From contig NC_086108.1 in the NCBI RefSeq assembly GCF_963921235.1, positions 79,858,001 through 79,922,000 of the forward strand: a DNA stretch of 64,000 bases, read 5' to 3'. The translations under genes were made by a program, and so were the position numbers. This document shows positions 49,501 through 62,847 of the stretch, piece after piece (positions within the stretch are counted from its first letter, which is position 1; the number at the start of each line of letters is the position of its first letter). The notes under the pieces were generated by a model. It searched no databases. It was not told where the DNA came from and saw only the letters and a list, made by a program, of their open reading frames with translations. The DNA comes from Mobula hypostoma (lineage: Eukaryota).

Positions 49501-51154
49501 TGAGAGAAGTATGTCATATACTGTATTACAGCCTTAGCAATCATTTGTTTCATTCACTTCACTACATATGGTGTGTGAGTGCGATTGTCAAATTGGTACC
49601 AATTAGCCAACACATTTTGAAGTTTCTTAATGCTACTGCTTTGTGTTTTCCAGAATCAGAATTGATGACTATCTGAAATCACTTAATTTGTGACTAGTAA
49701 TTGATGTCATAGAGTAAACCTTCACTCCAACTGGCTGGATTGAATTTCAGTCTAGATCCCACTGATGAAAAGACAATAGGATAACAACTGTGTCGGCCAG
49801 TGTCGTATTAGAATTTGATCCCCACTTTTTAAGTATGAAGGCAATGAAAGCAATGTGCCCAAGCCAGTGCAAGCCAGTCTTCCATTAGTTTTGGAATTAA
49901 CTCGCCCAATCTGAGAATTCTGTCCAAATTCAGAACCTAGAACTAACTCAAATGCTCTAATTAAAAATTAATTTGCAATCAGGCCCAAGAGGTGAAAGGC
50001 CAAGTATATTTTGTGTTTTTCTCTCTTTGTTGGCATTCATTGTCAGAAATTTAACAGCATCAAGCTGTGATGGAAAAAGAAATTATGTGAGTTTCAAATT
50101 AGCCTGGCAGTGCTCCGGTCCCTCTGAAATATTTCACTGTTTTCACACAGTCAAAGCTGTCAAAGCTTCTTAAAACAAACAGCTGCTGGAAGCTGGTATT
50201 AGCTCAGTCTTTGTGGCAGGGTATTAGCTGATAGATACATTGTGGTCACTCGTCAGACTGACACAGCCACCCAGAAGTAGGTATTTCACCACATACCATG
50301 ATCAATCAATGCAGATGGAAGAAAAAAATACGCAATAGAAAATAATTACATTTTTTCAGCATCTCTTCATGTAAACAATCATTAAGTTTAATTTTGGTTT
50401 AGAAACAGGATCTTTATGGCAGACCCTCACAGAGCATCTTGATTCAATGAAATATTTCCCAGCCCCTGGCCTACATTCCACCAAACTGCACTTATCAATT
50501 GCACTCCATAAAAGATGGCTAAATATGGAGCTTGCAATAAGAGATTAAGGTCCAAATGAGTCCCATTCACTTGTCATGGCACAAGTTGAGCTTTTAAATA
50601 CGTAACATCCAGAACTGAAATTATATGAGCTTTCAAGGGAGATTGGAAAACTTGGATCGATTTCCCTGCATCATCAGAGGCTGAAGGGGAACCCGTTAAA
50701 AGTATATTTTATAAGAGACACAGAGAGGGGAGACAAAGTTTATTTTACTAGACAGGAAATGCCGGATACTGGAAGGCATAGGTTTAAGGTGAGAGGAGGA
50801 AATTGGCAAGACAATCTTTTACACAGGAAATGGCAGGTGTCTGAAATACACTGCCAATGAGATGATTGAAGAAGACCCATTTGAGGGGCATTAAGACAAC
50901 CACAAGATGAGGCAGAAAATAGAAGGATATGGACCATATACTGGCAGATGGGATTACTTTAATTTGGCTTCATGGTTGGTGCGTTGTTGCTCCTGTGTTG
51001 AACTTTTCTGTGTTGTACGTTGAATTTTCAATGCTGATTTAGTTAAACGGTGAATGCCCTGCAGGTCAGTGCGAAGAAGTCATGGGAGATAAAGAAAATG
51101 ATGCTGTTAGTTACAGAAATTCATCAAATAGTTTTATAAAAGTGTGAAAGCTTC

Positions 51155-51750
51155 ATTTTATGAAACTTATGGAGAAGAGGAGTTCGGTGGGTAATAAAAT
51201 GGTCGAGTTGACGTCACTAGCCAGGAGTCAGAGAACATTTCGGGAGTGCAGTGTTATGTGTTTTACTGAAATGAGGCTGCACGAGGACATACCCGATCAA
51301 AACTTTTCCATGGATGGCTTCCAGACCATTCGGGCTGACCAGAAGTGCACTGAGAGCGGTAAGCGTAAAGGAGTTGGGGGCTTGCTGTTCTGGTTAACAA
51401 CGGATGGTGCAATCCTGGTCATATTACAATCGAGGAACGTGTTTGTAGACCGGATATTGAACTTTTTGCTGTTGGACTCCGGCCGTATTCCACCGAGATA
51501 CAACACTGGGCGTCACAGGAGGTTGTTCCTGCCGGTGGCCATCGAACTTTGTAGCTCCTCCCGTGGAGGGTCAGACACCCTGAGCCAATAGGCTGGTCCT
51601 GGACTTATTTTCATCTGGCATAGTTTGCATATTGTTGTTTGATTGTTTGTGGTTTTTGTATTGCTATATTTATGCTCTATTCTTGGTTGGTGCGGCTGTA
51701 ACGAAACCCAATTTCCCTCGGGATCAATAAAGTATATCTATCTATCTATC
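51155..51750 (+). mobile_element. Internally deleted Rex1 (EN N-terminus joined to 3' end)
   Basis: FRECSVMCFTE..DGFQTIRAD..SGKRKG is joined at ~51485 to IPPRYNT..FLPVAIEL..GGSDTLSQ*, then AATAAA and an (ATCT)n tail. Confidence 0.85.
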
Positions 51751-53137
51751 TTCACCTCCGAGATTTAAGAAACTTACTTAAAACAAAAGTTTTACTGTGT
51801 TGGGAAGTGTATGGTCATGCACTTTGGTAGAAGAAATAAAGGTGTATGTTATCCAAACAGAGATCAAATTCAGAAATCAGAGGTGCAAAGGGACTTGGGA
51901 GTCCTACTGCACGATTCCCAAAACTAAGGATTCCCAACTTGTCTAGATTGACACTTAAGTGTTTTTAGAAATTACTTACACAAGTGATGTATACATTGTT
52001 GCTAAGGCTGGCATTTATCAGCTGCCCCTAAATTCCCCTTGATAAAGTAGTGGTGATCATCGACTGGAATCATTAGTCCTTGAGGAAAAATATCCGTTTA
52101 GGATACTCTTGTCCTGCTGCAGAGTTTTGTCCCAAATACATCGACAACACCTTTCCTCCCACAAATGCTGTTCAACCTGCTGAGTTCCTTCAGCAGATTG
52201 TTTGTTTCTCCAAATTCCAGCATCTGCAATCTCTTGTGTCTCCCTTCAATGTTATTAGGCAAGGAGTCCCAGGGTTTTGAGCTTGGAGTGAAAAAAGAAT
52301 GGGTATATTTCTTAGATAAAGAATATATTTTCAAGTTATGGCAGGACATGACTTGGAGGGGGCAGTTTAGTTTCTTCGTTGACAGAATCAGAATCAGGTT
52401 TATTAGCCTGTCATATGTCATGAAATTTGTTTTGCAGCAGCAATATGGTGCAATACATAGAATATACTATAAATGATAAAAGGCAGAGACTTCTGTTCAT
52501 CAAATCCATGCTGAATTTATACCAATCCTGCAATAATCCCCTGTTTCCATACAATATAACTTACCCAAGTGGTAATTGGATAGAGTTAATTAAAGGTAAT
52601 ATAGGGATATGATGTAATGGATTACCTGAAGGCTTTTGATAAAGTGCCTTATAGAGGCAAAGAGTTTTAAAGCAATTAAGTAATGCTGAACATTTTTTAG
52701 TCCTCAATTGAAGTATCGTGTTCAATTCTGGTCATCAAATTAGGAAAAGGTGTGAAGGTAAGGAATGTTAGAGAGGAACGAGAGTAGATTTACAAAAATG
52801 ATTCTTACATTAAGGGAGTACAGTTACAAAAATAGATCAGAGATTGAAATATTTCGGAGAAGGAAATGTTGAGGGTAGATTTGGTACAAGTGTAGAAAAT
52901 GTTGACAGGATAAACAGATTGACTGTGGATATGGCTCCCTTTGGTGGAGAATTTGATGTCACAAACATAAAACAAAGGGGAAAAGAGTTAAGATTGTTAT
53001 TAAGGAAAGCATTTTTATTAGAATGTGGTTTGAATCTGTAGTGTTCGGCTTGCATGGGTGGTTTTCCAAAGTGAATTGGATAAACAGTGAAGCTAAATGT
53101 AGAAGTCTTTGGAAAATGGGTCAGTAGGTGAAACTTC

Positions 53138-53448
53138 AGGAAAACTCCAATAATCCACTTTCCCATTATTTGGAAATTGGGATGGTTCAGTATCCCGTTT
53201 CCACATTCCCTTTAAATTTGCTGGGGCCACCTTCCTATCCTCTCTTTAGGTGAATTAGGGCTTCACTCCCATGCTGCTTTTAAATTCATCAGGGACACAT
53301 TCCCACATTGCTTTTAAATTCACTGGGGACCCATTTCAGGCATATCTCCCATTTATGACTGTGTAACACCTTTAAAAAAAGTTTGCAAAAATGTGCTAAT
53401 CTGGAATCATGAAAAGCCCAGGCAGGCCAGAATATCAAAGTCTTACAG
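53138..53448. mobile_element. Old MITE-like element with ~34-bp internal tandem repeat
   Basis: Begins CAGGAAAACTCCAATAATCC and ends GAATATCAAAGTCTTACAG. TTTA(AA) units at ~53211, 53245, 53279 and 53313. Confidence 0.5.
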
Positions 53449-54169
53449 CAGTCAGTAGTTCTGCTCAGGCGGCAGCAGGAGCTGTGCTGAAACAACGCAA
53501 TGATGGAGCAATTTGATCGTTCTTTGGTGTTCAGTCATGTTAATATTATAGCATGATGTGACAAATTATTAGTAACAAGAGTCTTGGGCTAGCACAAATT
53601 ATAGAGTGGATTTCAGTGAAAATATGATTCCTTGAAAGGTGAATTCATGGTTTTAGCCATTTTATTTCTATCACTTTGATTGAAGTTTACTCTTTGTGCA
53701 CATGAATTAGCTGTCTAATTGTAATCTGCTTAGTGAAATGCATTGTACTGTATTCCTTAAAGAGGCATGTATCTTGAAAATGCTATTAATGAAATTAGTG
53801 GATTAAATATTTAAATAAGCTGATATCAGCATTTAAGTAGTCAATAAATGGATTTCATATAGTTTTTCTTACTGTTCCCTCAAGTGAACATCGTTATCAG
53901 GGGTTGCATTAGGCATAGTTTTCCTTCTGTTTCTGTTAAAAACATTTGTAATGTAAGATGCAGAAATGATCTTCTAACCATCTTCTGTCACTTAGAGGAA
54001 AGTGGAGATCCTGCCTGTTCTCAGTCCAATGTAAAAAAATACCAGTGCTCCATTCAGGAATCACTTATCTGCTTGGTGGCTGACGTGGGGAATTCATTGT
54101 TGTGAGGGATTTAAGGACAGAAAAGAAAAGAAAAAGTAGGAAAGATTTGCTTTATGTGCCACGTAAATG

Positions 54170-54608
54170 TCATATGAGGAGTATTTGATGGCTCTAGGTC
54201 TGTGCTTACTGGAATTCAGATGAATGGTGGGGGGTCTCATTCAAATGTTGAAAGACCTCAATAGAGTGGATATAGAGAAAAATTTCCTATGATGGGGGAG
54301 TCTAGGGCCAGAGGGCACAGCCTCAGAATACAGGAATGTCCATTTAGAATAGAGATGAAGAGGAATTTCTTTAGTTAGAGAGTGGTGAATTTGCTAAATT
54401 CATTGTCACAGGCGGCTGTGGAGACCAAGGCATTGGGTATACTTAAGCCAGGTGTTGATAGATTCTTGATTAGTCAGGGCATGAAGGATTACAGGGAGAA
54501 GTCGGCAAATTGGGGCTGAGAGGGAAATAGATCAGCCATGATGAAATTGCGGAGCAGACTCAATGGGCCAAATGGCCTAATTCTGTTCCTATACCTTATG
54601 GTCTTACG
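54170..54608 (+). mobile_element. CR1 3' fragment
   Basis: RARGHSLRIQ..FRIEMKRNFF..RVVNL, and the 3' GGCCAAATGGCC motif with a ttatggtctta tail. Confidence 0.8.
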
Positions 54609-54609
54609 T

Positions 54610-54860
54610 AAACATTGAAATGTAGAGTGAAATGTGTCATTTGCATCAATGACCAGCATAGTCCGAGGATGAACTGAGCGCTGCCTGCAAATGTCGCCAT
54701 GCCCACAACTCCCTAAACCTAACTCGTATGTCTTTGCAATGCGGGAGGAAACCCACTCAGTCACAGGGAGAACAGACATATTCCCTACAGACAGCGGCGG
54801 AAATTGAACCCAATCTCTGGCACTGTAAAGTGTTATCCTAATCTCTTCGCTATTGTGCCA
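54610..54860 (-). mobile_element. V-SINE-like element
   Basis: Minus strand has a TGGCACAATAGCG head, GGGTTCAATTTCC and TGTTCTCCCTGTGACTGAGTGGGTTTCCTCC. Confidence 0.65.
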
Positions 54861-56319
54861 CCCGAAAAGAATATCCCATCAGATCATGTCATTTGCAGCC
54901 AGGTAGAAATTCATCTCACAATAATACCAGTCATTGTACCAAATACCAAATTTCTTCCAGCACTAGATCTGTAAACCTTGAATTGCTTGTTTTTAAAGTT
55001 TTCTTTAACACCTAATTTTGTTTATAGTACGAATTCACTTCAGACCGAATTAAGTCTGATTTTAGCAGAATATTTATGTCTTTTACAGATGTACAGTTTA
55101 GACTGGAAGACAGAAAAGTGCATACAGTTAAAATAAACAGGAAAGGCTTTAAACACATATTGCATTAGTGCAGCCTGTCTTTAAAACAACTAAGAGCTTA
55201 ACTCTTGCTCCCCTCCCCAGTAAAACTGAGAAAATGAGGAAAATTTAGCTTATGATATTAATGTCTTTAATTGTGGGTAATTGGGAATTAGTTTTAATTC
55301 TTCAACAGGCAAACATATGTATAAAGAACGTGGCGATCATCAACCCTTTTGTACTTTTGTTCTGATGCAATCTTTCAAATGTTACATTGGAAACTTTTAT
55401 TCAATTCTTTTCATAGTTCCTCATTTGTAAAATGCTCCATTAGCCCAATCCATTTCTCGAAAGGGTTGTAGCACACATTGAGTAGAGGAGGACCACTCAG
55501 TCATGTCTGGCTATGTACAGCTTGTGTATGTCTCAGTGTCAGCTGTTGTGCATGTGTTCTGTAAACTGAGTATGTTTTATGCCTAATGCAGCAGAAAGGT
55601 CAGTGTCTGAGAGCAAGCAAGCTTTTACCGTGATGGAGGCATTGATATTCTGTTGCCTGGAATCTCAGATGATTATCAATAGTAGATATCTCTACTTGAA
55701 TTGTACTTTTTCTCCACCCAGCTCCTGAGTGATCTGTGAGCAAAAGATATTCTAGCTTTTATATAGTAATTGCTAGACATAGCTTGAGTGAAAAAAAATC
55801 TCTCAACAAAGTAATTACAATGTTTATCCAAATGGCGCAATTTCTCAGCTGCCTGTACATCCAATTTATCTTAAGAGATTTATATAGGGTTTTGATAAAC
55901 TTCTTGTCATTTGTCAGTTCATCAGCGCTCACTGTAGACATGTCCTTAAGACTCTTATTCTCAAAGCAACATCCAAGCAAGTTTGTGTCATAGAAAGACA
56001 TTGAGAGAATGTGCCATATTTGAACTACCTAGAAGTAACAATACTCCCTTGTTTTGCATTCCTAATTCTTCAAATCTTTTTGAAATGTTTAGTACAAACA
56101 TATAAATTAGCAGTACTGTGGACCACACATCCTTTCAAGCTCAGTGCATTTTTTAATGAGCATGTGGTTGATTCGATCATAATCTCAAATCTGCATTCCC
56201 ATCCACCCACACTAACATTTCAGCTGACAGCTTATCAAGTATTTACTTCTGCCTTCAAGATATCAATGGCTCTGTTTCTACACTCTTTGAGGAAGAAATC
56301 TCCAAAGACTCATGTCCAT

Positions 56320-57455
56320 TTCCAGAAAGCATTCCATAAAAGACTTATCCATAAGATAGCAATGCATGGAGTTGGGAATTAATGTATTAACATAGATATA
56401 GGACTGATTAACTAATAAAAGGCAGAGACTTAGGATAATTAGGTGTTTCTCTGGTTGGCAGTCAGTGGGGTCGGTGCTGGGCTTACCACTGTTCATGATA
56501 CACGTTAATGATTTGGAAGAGGGAAACAAGTGTAGCATATTTGGAGATGATACTAGATTGAGTGGAAAAGCAAATTATGCAGAGGATGCAGAGAGCTATA
56601 GATAAGTTAGGTGAGTGGGCAAGGGTCTGGAAGATGGTGTGCGGTACTGGTAATTGTGAGGTCATCCACTTTGGAAGGAAAAATTGAGAAGAACAGATTA
56701 TTATTTAAACAGTGAAAGACTGCAGTTGTGCAGAAGGAATTGGGCATGCTTGTGCATGTATCCGAAAAGGTTAGTCTGCACATTCAATAGGTTATCAAGG
56801 CCTTCGTTGCTGGAGGGATTGAATTTAAGAGCAGGCAGGTTATGCTGCAACTGTACAGGAGATAGTGAGGCCACACCTGGAGCACTGTGTGTAATTCTAG
56901 TCTCCTTACCTGAGGAATGATAGACTTAGCTTTGGAGGCAGTGCAGAGGAGGTTCTCTAGGATGATTCCAGAATTGAGGGAGTTAGCCTATGAGGAGAAA
57001 TTGAGTCGCCTGTGACGATACTTGCTGGAATTCAGAAGAGTGAGAGGGGATCTTATCGAAATATATACAATTATCAATGAGATGGATAAGATAGAGGCAG
57101 GAAAGTTGTTTCCACTGATAGGTGAGACTAGAACTAAGGGACATAGTCCTAGACTCAGGGATAAAGATTTAGGACTTAGATTTGAAGATTGAGGTGAAAC
57201 AATTTTTCATAGAAAGTAGTGAATCTGTGGAATTCTCTGCCCAGGGAAATAGTAGAGGCTGTTGCATTAAATGTACTTAAGATGCAGTTATATAAATTAT
57301 TGTATAGCAGGAGCATTAAGGGTAACAGGGAAAAAGCAGGTAGGTGGAACTAAGTCCATGGCAGATCAGTCATGATCTCATTGGATGGTGGATCAGGTTT
57401 GATGAGCCAGATGACCTATTCCTGCTCCCATTTCTTATGTTTTTATGTTCCTATG
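56320..57455 (+). mobile_element. Decayed CR1 RT-to-3' fragment
   Basis: Remnants of AFHK, GSVLG, GDDT, CEVIHFG and RVRGDLIE, with a ttatgttcctatg tail. Confidence 0.8.
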
Positions 57456-57479
57456 TGGGAGGGGAAAAATAATCACTTC

Positions 57480-59405
57480 ATCTCTCTCTTAAATGCCTGA
57501 CATTTTCACACTGTGCCCATCTAGTTCCAGATTCTCCCACAATCGGAAATAGATTTTTCACATCCGCCTTTTCAAAAGCCTCATTTGATTCAACTGACTC
57601 TCCTTTTGTTCTTCCAAACTACTTCAGATACAAGAATGGCGACACATGAGAATGTTGATGCAAGATTTTGCAGCAAAAAAAAATAAACTGCTGTAGGAAC
57701 TCGGCAGATAAGTGGCACCTGTGGAGGGAAAGTTTATTATTTTGCTGCAGCCTAGTCTGTCCAACCCTACCTCATAAAACAACACTATCATCTCCTCCAC
57801 AATTTCCTAAATTATGATATTGATCTCGTAAAACTCTGAATTGCTTCCAGTCCATTAATATTTCCTTTAAATAAGTAGAATAATACTGCATACAGTGCTC
57901 CAGATGTGGTCTCACCAGTGCCGTATAAACTAAAGCATAATCCCCATACCTTTATACTTAATTTCTATAGCGATCAATGACATTGTCTATTAGTTATCCT
58001 AATTATTCGCAGTATCTACATACTAGTCTTTGTGAGTCATGCATCAGAACATCCAGATCCTTGGTTCATGAGGCTTTGGACTCTCTCACAATTTAGATAA
58101 AATGATCCTTTAATCTTTCTTGCTAAAGTGGTCAACATGACATCTAATCCTTTTGCCATACCTTTGTCCTTTCTCTAAACCTATCCATAGCCCTTTGCAG
58201 GATTCTTATTTTTTCTGCATGGCTTGCTTTCTTATCTTTGTGTCAGAAATGAATTTAGCGACCATTCCTTCTGTGCTTTTGTCCAAATAATTTATATAAA
58301 TTGTAAAGTGTTGAGGTCACAGTACAAATCCTTGTGGCAACCAAATACCTTCTGTTGGTCAGGTAGTCTTCTATCCATGCTAATGTGTTACCTCATACAC
58401 CATGAATTTTAATTTTCTGCACCAACCTTTTATACGGAACCTTATTCCAAGATCCAAAGATTCAAAGTACATTCATTATCAAAGTCTGCATACAACCCTG
58501 CGATTCACCTTATCGCAGGCAGCCCTGAAACAATGAAACACCATGGAACCCATTCAAAGAAAGCATCAAACACCCAACATGCAAGAAAAAAAGAACAAAT
58601 CATGCAAACGGCAAAAAAATAGTAAATAACACACAGAATATTAAACATCAAACCGCAGAGTCTTTGAGATAGTCTAGGGATGTTCAGTGTAGTTCAGTTT
58701 AGTTCAATTTAATGCTGTGTCGTTCGTTGACTGCAGACCACAGAACCAGTCTGTGTTGAAATGCCCCAATCAAAATTGCACAAGGTAGCAATAAAAAAAG
58801 AGTAATCAGAACCAGAAACATTTGTGACATGAACCGCTGTCCTCTAAAAACGAGTCCAATCCATGAGCTGCCTTGATCAAACCTTGCCCAAGAACCGAGA
58901 CTCCTGCACCTTCATTCCAGCAGGGAGCAAGAGGGAGAGGGAGACCAGTCAAACACAGGCAGAGGGTGCTGAACATCTGCTTGCCTTCCGCTCTTGTCCT
59001 TGTTGATTTAAATCTTGCTCGACGCTTTAATTGGCAAGATCACTGAGTAATGGAGCCAATCATGGGTTCATGTTCCGCCATTAGGCCGTACACTCTGTTC
59101 TCAACCTCGCTGAATTCCCTCGGAGATAGCAAAAGCACCAGGCAAAAGCAAATCACTCAGTCGGCCCAAGACATATTATCAAAATGTAAATTGCAGGCTC
59201 CAGTCGCACACAGATTAGTTATAGGATTATCAAATGCCTTCTGCAAATCTGCTGCTCCTACAGAACTCCAAATCCAAATTGCTCAAAAACTGATTCCCTT
59301 CACCAAACCACGTTGAATTTGCCTGATTACCTTGAATGCTCTGTTATTCTATAACTCCTAACATTTTTCTTACTGGCAGATGTTCTGCTAAAGGGCCTGT
59401 AATTT
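57480..59405 (-). mobile_element. Very decayed CR1, split by 58447-59220
   Basis: Antisense blocks cagtgctccagatgtggtctcacc, accttattc|atcaaatgccttctgcaaatct and ttcaccaaaccacgttga. Confidence 0.55.
58447..59220 (-). mobile_element. Non-autonomous element with Rex-like 3' UTR (family of 12629-13298)
   Basis: Tail ccaagatccaaagattcaaagtacattcattatcaaag, with a non-coding body sharing blocks with 12629-13298. Confidence 0.65.
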
Positions 59406-59407
59406 CT

Positions 59408-59755
59408 TACACACAAAGAAGTCCGCAGATGCTGGAAATCCAAAGCAACGCGTAAAAATGCTGGAGGAACTCAGCAGGTCAGGCAGCATCTCTGGAAACC
59501 AGGAGACCCTTCTTCAGGATTGAGAAGGAAGAGGGAAGATGTAATAATAAAAAGGTGGTAGGAGGGGGAAGAGAGGCTAGCTGGAGGTGATAGGTGAAGC
59601 CAGGTGGGTGGGAAAGGTCACGAGCTGGAGAATAAGGAATCTGATGGGAGAGGAGAGTGGATCATGGGAGAAAGGGAAGGAGGAGGGGACCCAGGGGGAA
59701 ATAATAGAGGTAATAAGTCAGTGGGGAATAGAGGAAGGGAGGGGGAATTTCTTAA
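59408..59755 (-). mobile_element. PLE 3' UTR and terminus fragment
   Basis: gcagatgctggaaatcc..gctggaggaactcagcaggtcaggcagcatc, a partial CTGAAGAAGGGTCTC and a purine-rich antisense UTR. Confidence 0.8.
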
Positions 59756-59805
59756 TTTCTGCCTATTATCCTTTGCTTTTAATCCACCTTTCTTCCACAG
59801 ATGCT

Positions 59806-60301
59806 CCAGGAATGGAAAAGCACACAAAAAGTGGTGGATACAGCCCAGTCCATCATAGGCAAAGCCTTCACCATCATTGAGCACAGGAAAACAGCATCCA
59901 TTATCAAGGACCCCCTCATCCAGGCCCTGCTCTCTTCTGGCTTTTACCATCAGGCAGGAGATACAGGAGCCTTAGTTCCCATACCATCAGGTTCAGGAAC
60001 AACTATAATCCTACAACGATCATGCACCTGAACCAGAGCAATAACTTCACTCTCCTCAACTCCACAACCTATAAACTCACATTCAAGGACTCTACGCCTC
60101 AGTATTATTTATTTACAGGATATTTGTATTATTTGCACAATTTGTCTTCGTTTGGACATTGGTTGTTTGTCACTCTTGGTTGTTTATAGTTTTGCTTGAA
60201 CTCTATTTTATTTATTTACCTGTAAATATCTCAGGGTAGTATATGGTGACATGTATGTACATTGATAATAAATTTACTTAGAACCTTTTTTTGAACTTTG
60301 A
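59806..60301 (+). mobile_element. Rex1-like 3' fragment with 9-bp TSD
   Basis: QKVVDTAQSIIG..ASIIKDP and a (TTTGAAC)n tail. ACAGATGCT occurs at 59797-59805 and 60302-60310. Confidence 0.8.
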
Positions 60302-61004
60302 ACAGATGCTTTCTAATCTGTTGATTTTGATCGTCCATAAATACTGCTCCAAGTCCTATTTGTTAAACTGTCAATGCCAGCTCAAGTTATTTCTGATCTT
60401 GTAAATGTTATTTAATCATTTTCTCAAAATCATCAGACTTACTTCTACATAACAAAACACCATATCGATTGAAACACATCATCAAACATGTTGATGAATA
60501 TTCAATCTCACTAATAGTAATAATTACAATAACTTGCAAATGGAATGGTTATCATTAAAGGCTTTTGAACCTCTGTTTAAATGGCATGTTTCTGTGAAAA
60601 TTCCCCTTTAGCTTTGTCTTACTGACCCACTTCCTCACAATGAAGGATAGACTGTCGTTCTGTCATTACCAAGAAAATGTGCATCATTGTCAGTTGGATT
60701 TGATGTGTGTAGATTCAACAGTACATTAATGTTCTGCTCAGTAGAGTGACAGTCGAGGGTTCAATATCCACAAATGACTATGTGGCCAGATCCCAACCTA
60801 ATGCTAATAGGGATGCGCTTACCTTGGGAAAAACTGAAGACATGTTGTAGGTTTGAGAGTGCTGGAAAAAAAATTCATTTGAGCCCTAGGCACGTGTGCA
60901 GAGATCCAATCGTAAAAATGGTTGCAGTCACAGCAACCTTTTTTAAAGGTTGAAATTTGCATTGCTGCTTATTTGGATGAAACAGTCGTCTACCTGAATG
61001 AATG

Positions 61005-61260
61005 AGTCTATGTGGAGTTTCTGTGCACTGTGTCTACGTGGATCCTTGAGGAACTCTGGTTTTCCCCCACATCTATGGAATAGATTTAGGATAAACTACC
61101 ATTAGTACAGGTGTTAGCATGAGATCAGACGAGGGGAGTTAATGATCATGTGAGAAACAACAGGTTATAGGGAAATGCTGTGAAAATGGTACTGATAGAG
61201 ATGCTCTGAAAGCTGGCTTACATTAATGGCCTCCCACGTTATAAGCAGATATAACTATGT
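61005..61260 (+). mobile_element. Decayed V-SINE fragment
   Basis: gtctatgtggagttt..gtctacgtggat..ctctggttttcccccacatc resembles the V-domain. Confidence 0.5.
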
Positions 61261-62847
61261 GGAATATAAAAATAGCATTTGATGGTGAGGGACAAGAAGA
61301 TACTGTCAGTACTGAAACCAGTGTAACTGCCCCTACAACATAGAATCCCCTGAGGAAACAAAGTCACGAGGAAAACCCAACTAGTTCACAGAAGTTAACA
61401 ACAGGAACCAAAACTCATCAAGGATGGCAAATCTTGAAGCCATTGCTGTGATCGACAACAATTGTGATGATCCTAAGTATACATTTGTGATTCAAAACAC
61501 TCTTTTCAGTACTTAGCTAGATATCCCAAACAAGCACTTACAACTCACAAATCAGTTTGGGACCATTCTGGAGTTATGGAATTATGGACTGCATAATTAT
61601 GGATGAACTAAAATGAGAACCAGCCTTCAGGAAATAAAACCTGCACAGAATTTAACTTTCGACTGATACCTTGTGACTAGTGAAACCAAACAATCTGATT
61701 CTGTCCCATTGAAACTGCATAGGGAAAGACAACTAAAGGTGTTTTTCTGTCACTTAAGGCACAGTTCAGGACAGATGTGTTTTGTCACTTAACCTTCTGG
61801 ATAGTTGTGTATTCATATAGCCGTCCCTCAACATTGTAATAAGAGATATATTTTGTACTCAGAAGCTTTGGAATGGATACCAGCAATGAATATTCAAAAG
61901 AGTTATGTTAGTTGGAATGTGGTGCCATTGTAAATATGTAATTCTGTACATTTACTTACTACATTCTAAATGTTATAGTTATTTAGGTGATTATAACAAT
62001 TAAAACTGTAGTTAATTTTCATTGTCATCTTTGTGTTGAAGAAGTAGGAATCATTGTGTCAGCAGAGTGAGATACCCTTAGATCCTTCGGGACTCTCTCT
62101 CTACTGGAAATGCACTGTGTGAAATAGAACTTTTACATTTCTCAGTTACAACTTCTATGTGGCTCAGTTTTATACAGTCACACACTGAGCATGAGCATAG
62201 TGTCCAATGAAAGTCTTCAGAATGGTCAAAACACCATCCGTTAGTGGCTCCAAAATGGATGCCTGAACAATCTAAGAAGGACCTGGGCAATCCCACTTTC
62301 ACTTGGAATTTAAGTGCAATCCTTTACGTAAATGGAAATATTCTTCATATCTAAAACACTGCTCATGAAGTGATGAAAGAACTATGAAAATTATAACACT
62401 TCTTTTGGTTAACATGGAGAGGGATATGGTGTTCTTACACTATGTTCCTCTGTTCACGTACTTCAATTTTTAAGAACATTGTGTGTATTTTTTTGAGACT
62501 GTCAACCTTCTGAGCATTCCCAGTGTCTTGGGTGAGGGGTACAGAGAACAGCCATTAGGCTGTCGGCAGAAAGACTATATAATTAATCAAAGAAACAAGC
62601 AGCTAACAATCAGAGGCTAAAAATTTTAAATGTTTCTCTATGACCCCGATCCTGTTTCAGATAACATAGGCCCTTGCTTCTCAATCTCTCCTCTAATGAC
62701 AATCCTAGTATTCAACCTAGAGAATTTTCATTGATCCCTTTTAAAGTAAGCATATCCTTCCTTCAGCATGGCGCCAAAACTGTCCACAAAACTCTGTGTG
62801 TGCAGTTACCAAAGCTATACAATTGCAAGCAGGCTTCTTACTTCTTA

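Noticed and set aside
61290..62330. Possible exon or LTR-element remnant (acceptor-like ttttacatttctcag at ~62131-62145)
   Set aside because: The frames close quickly, with no convincing donor and no recognisable motif.
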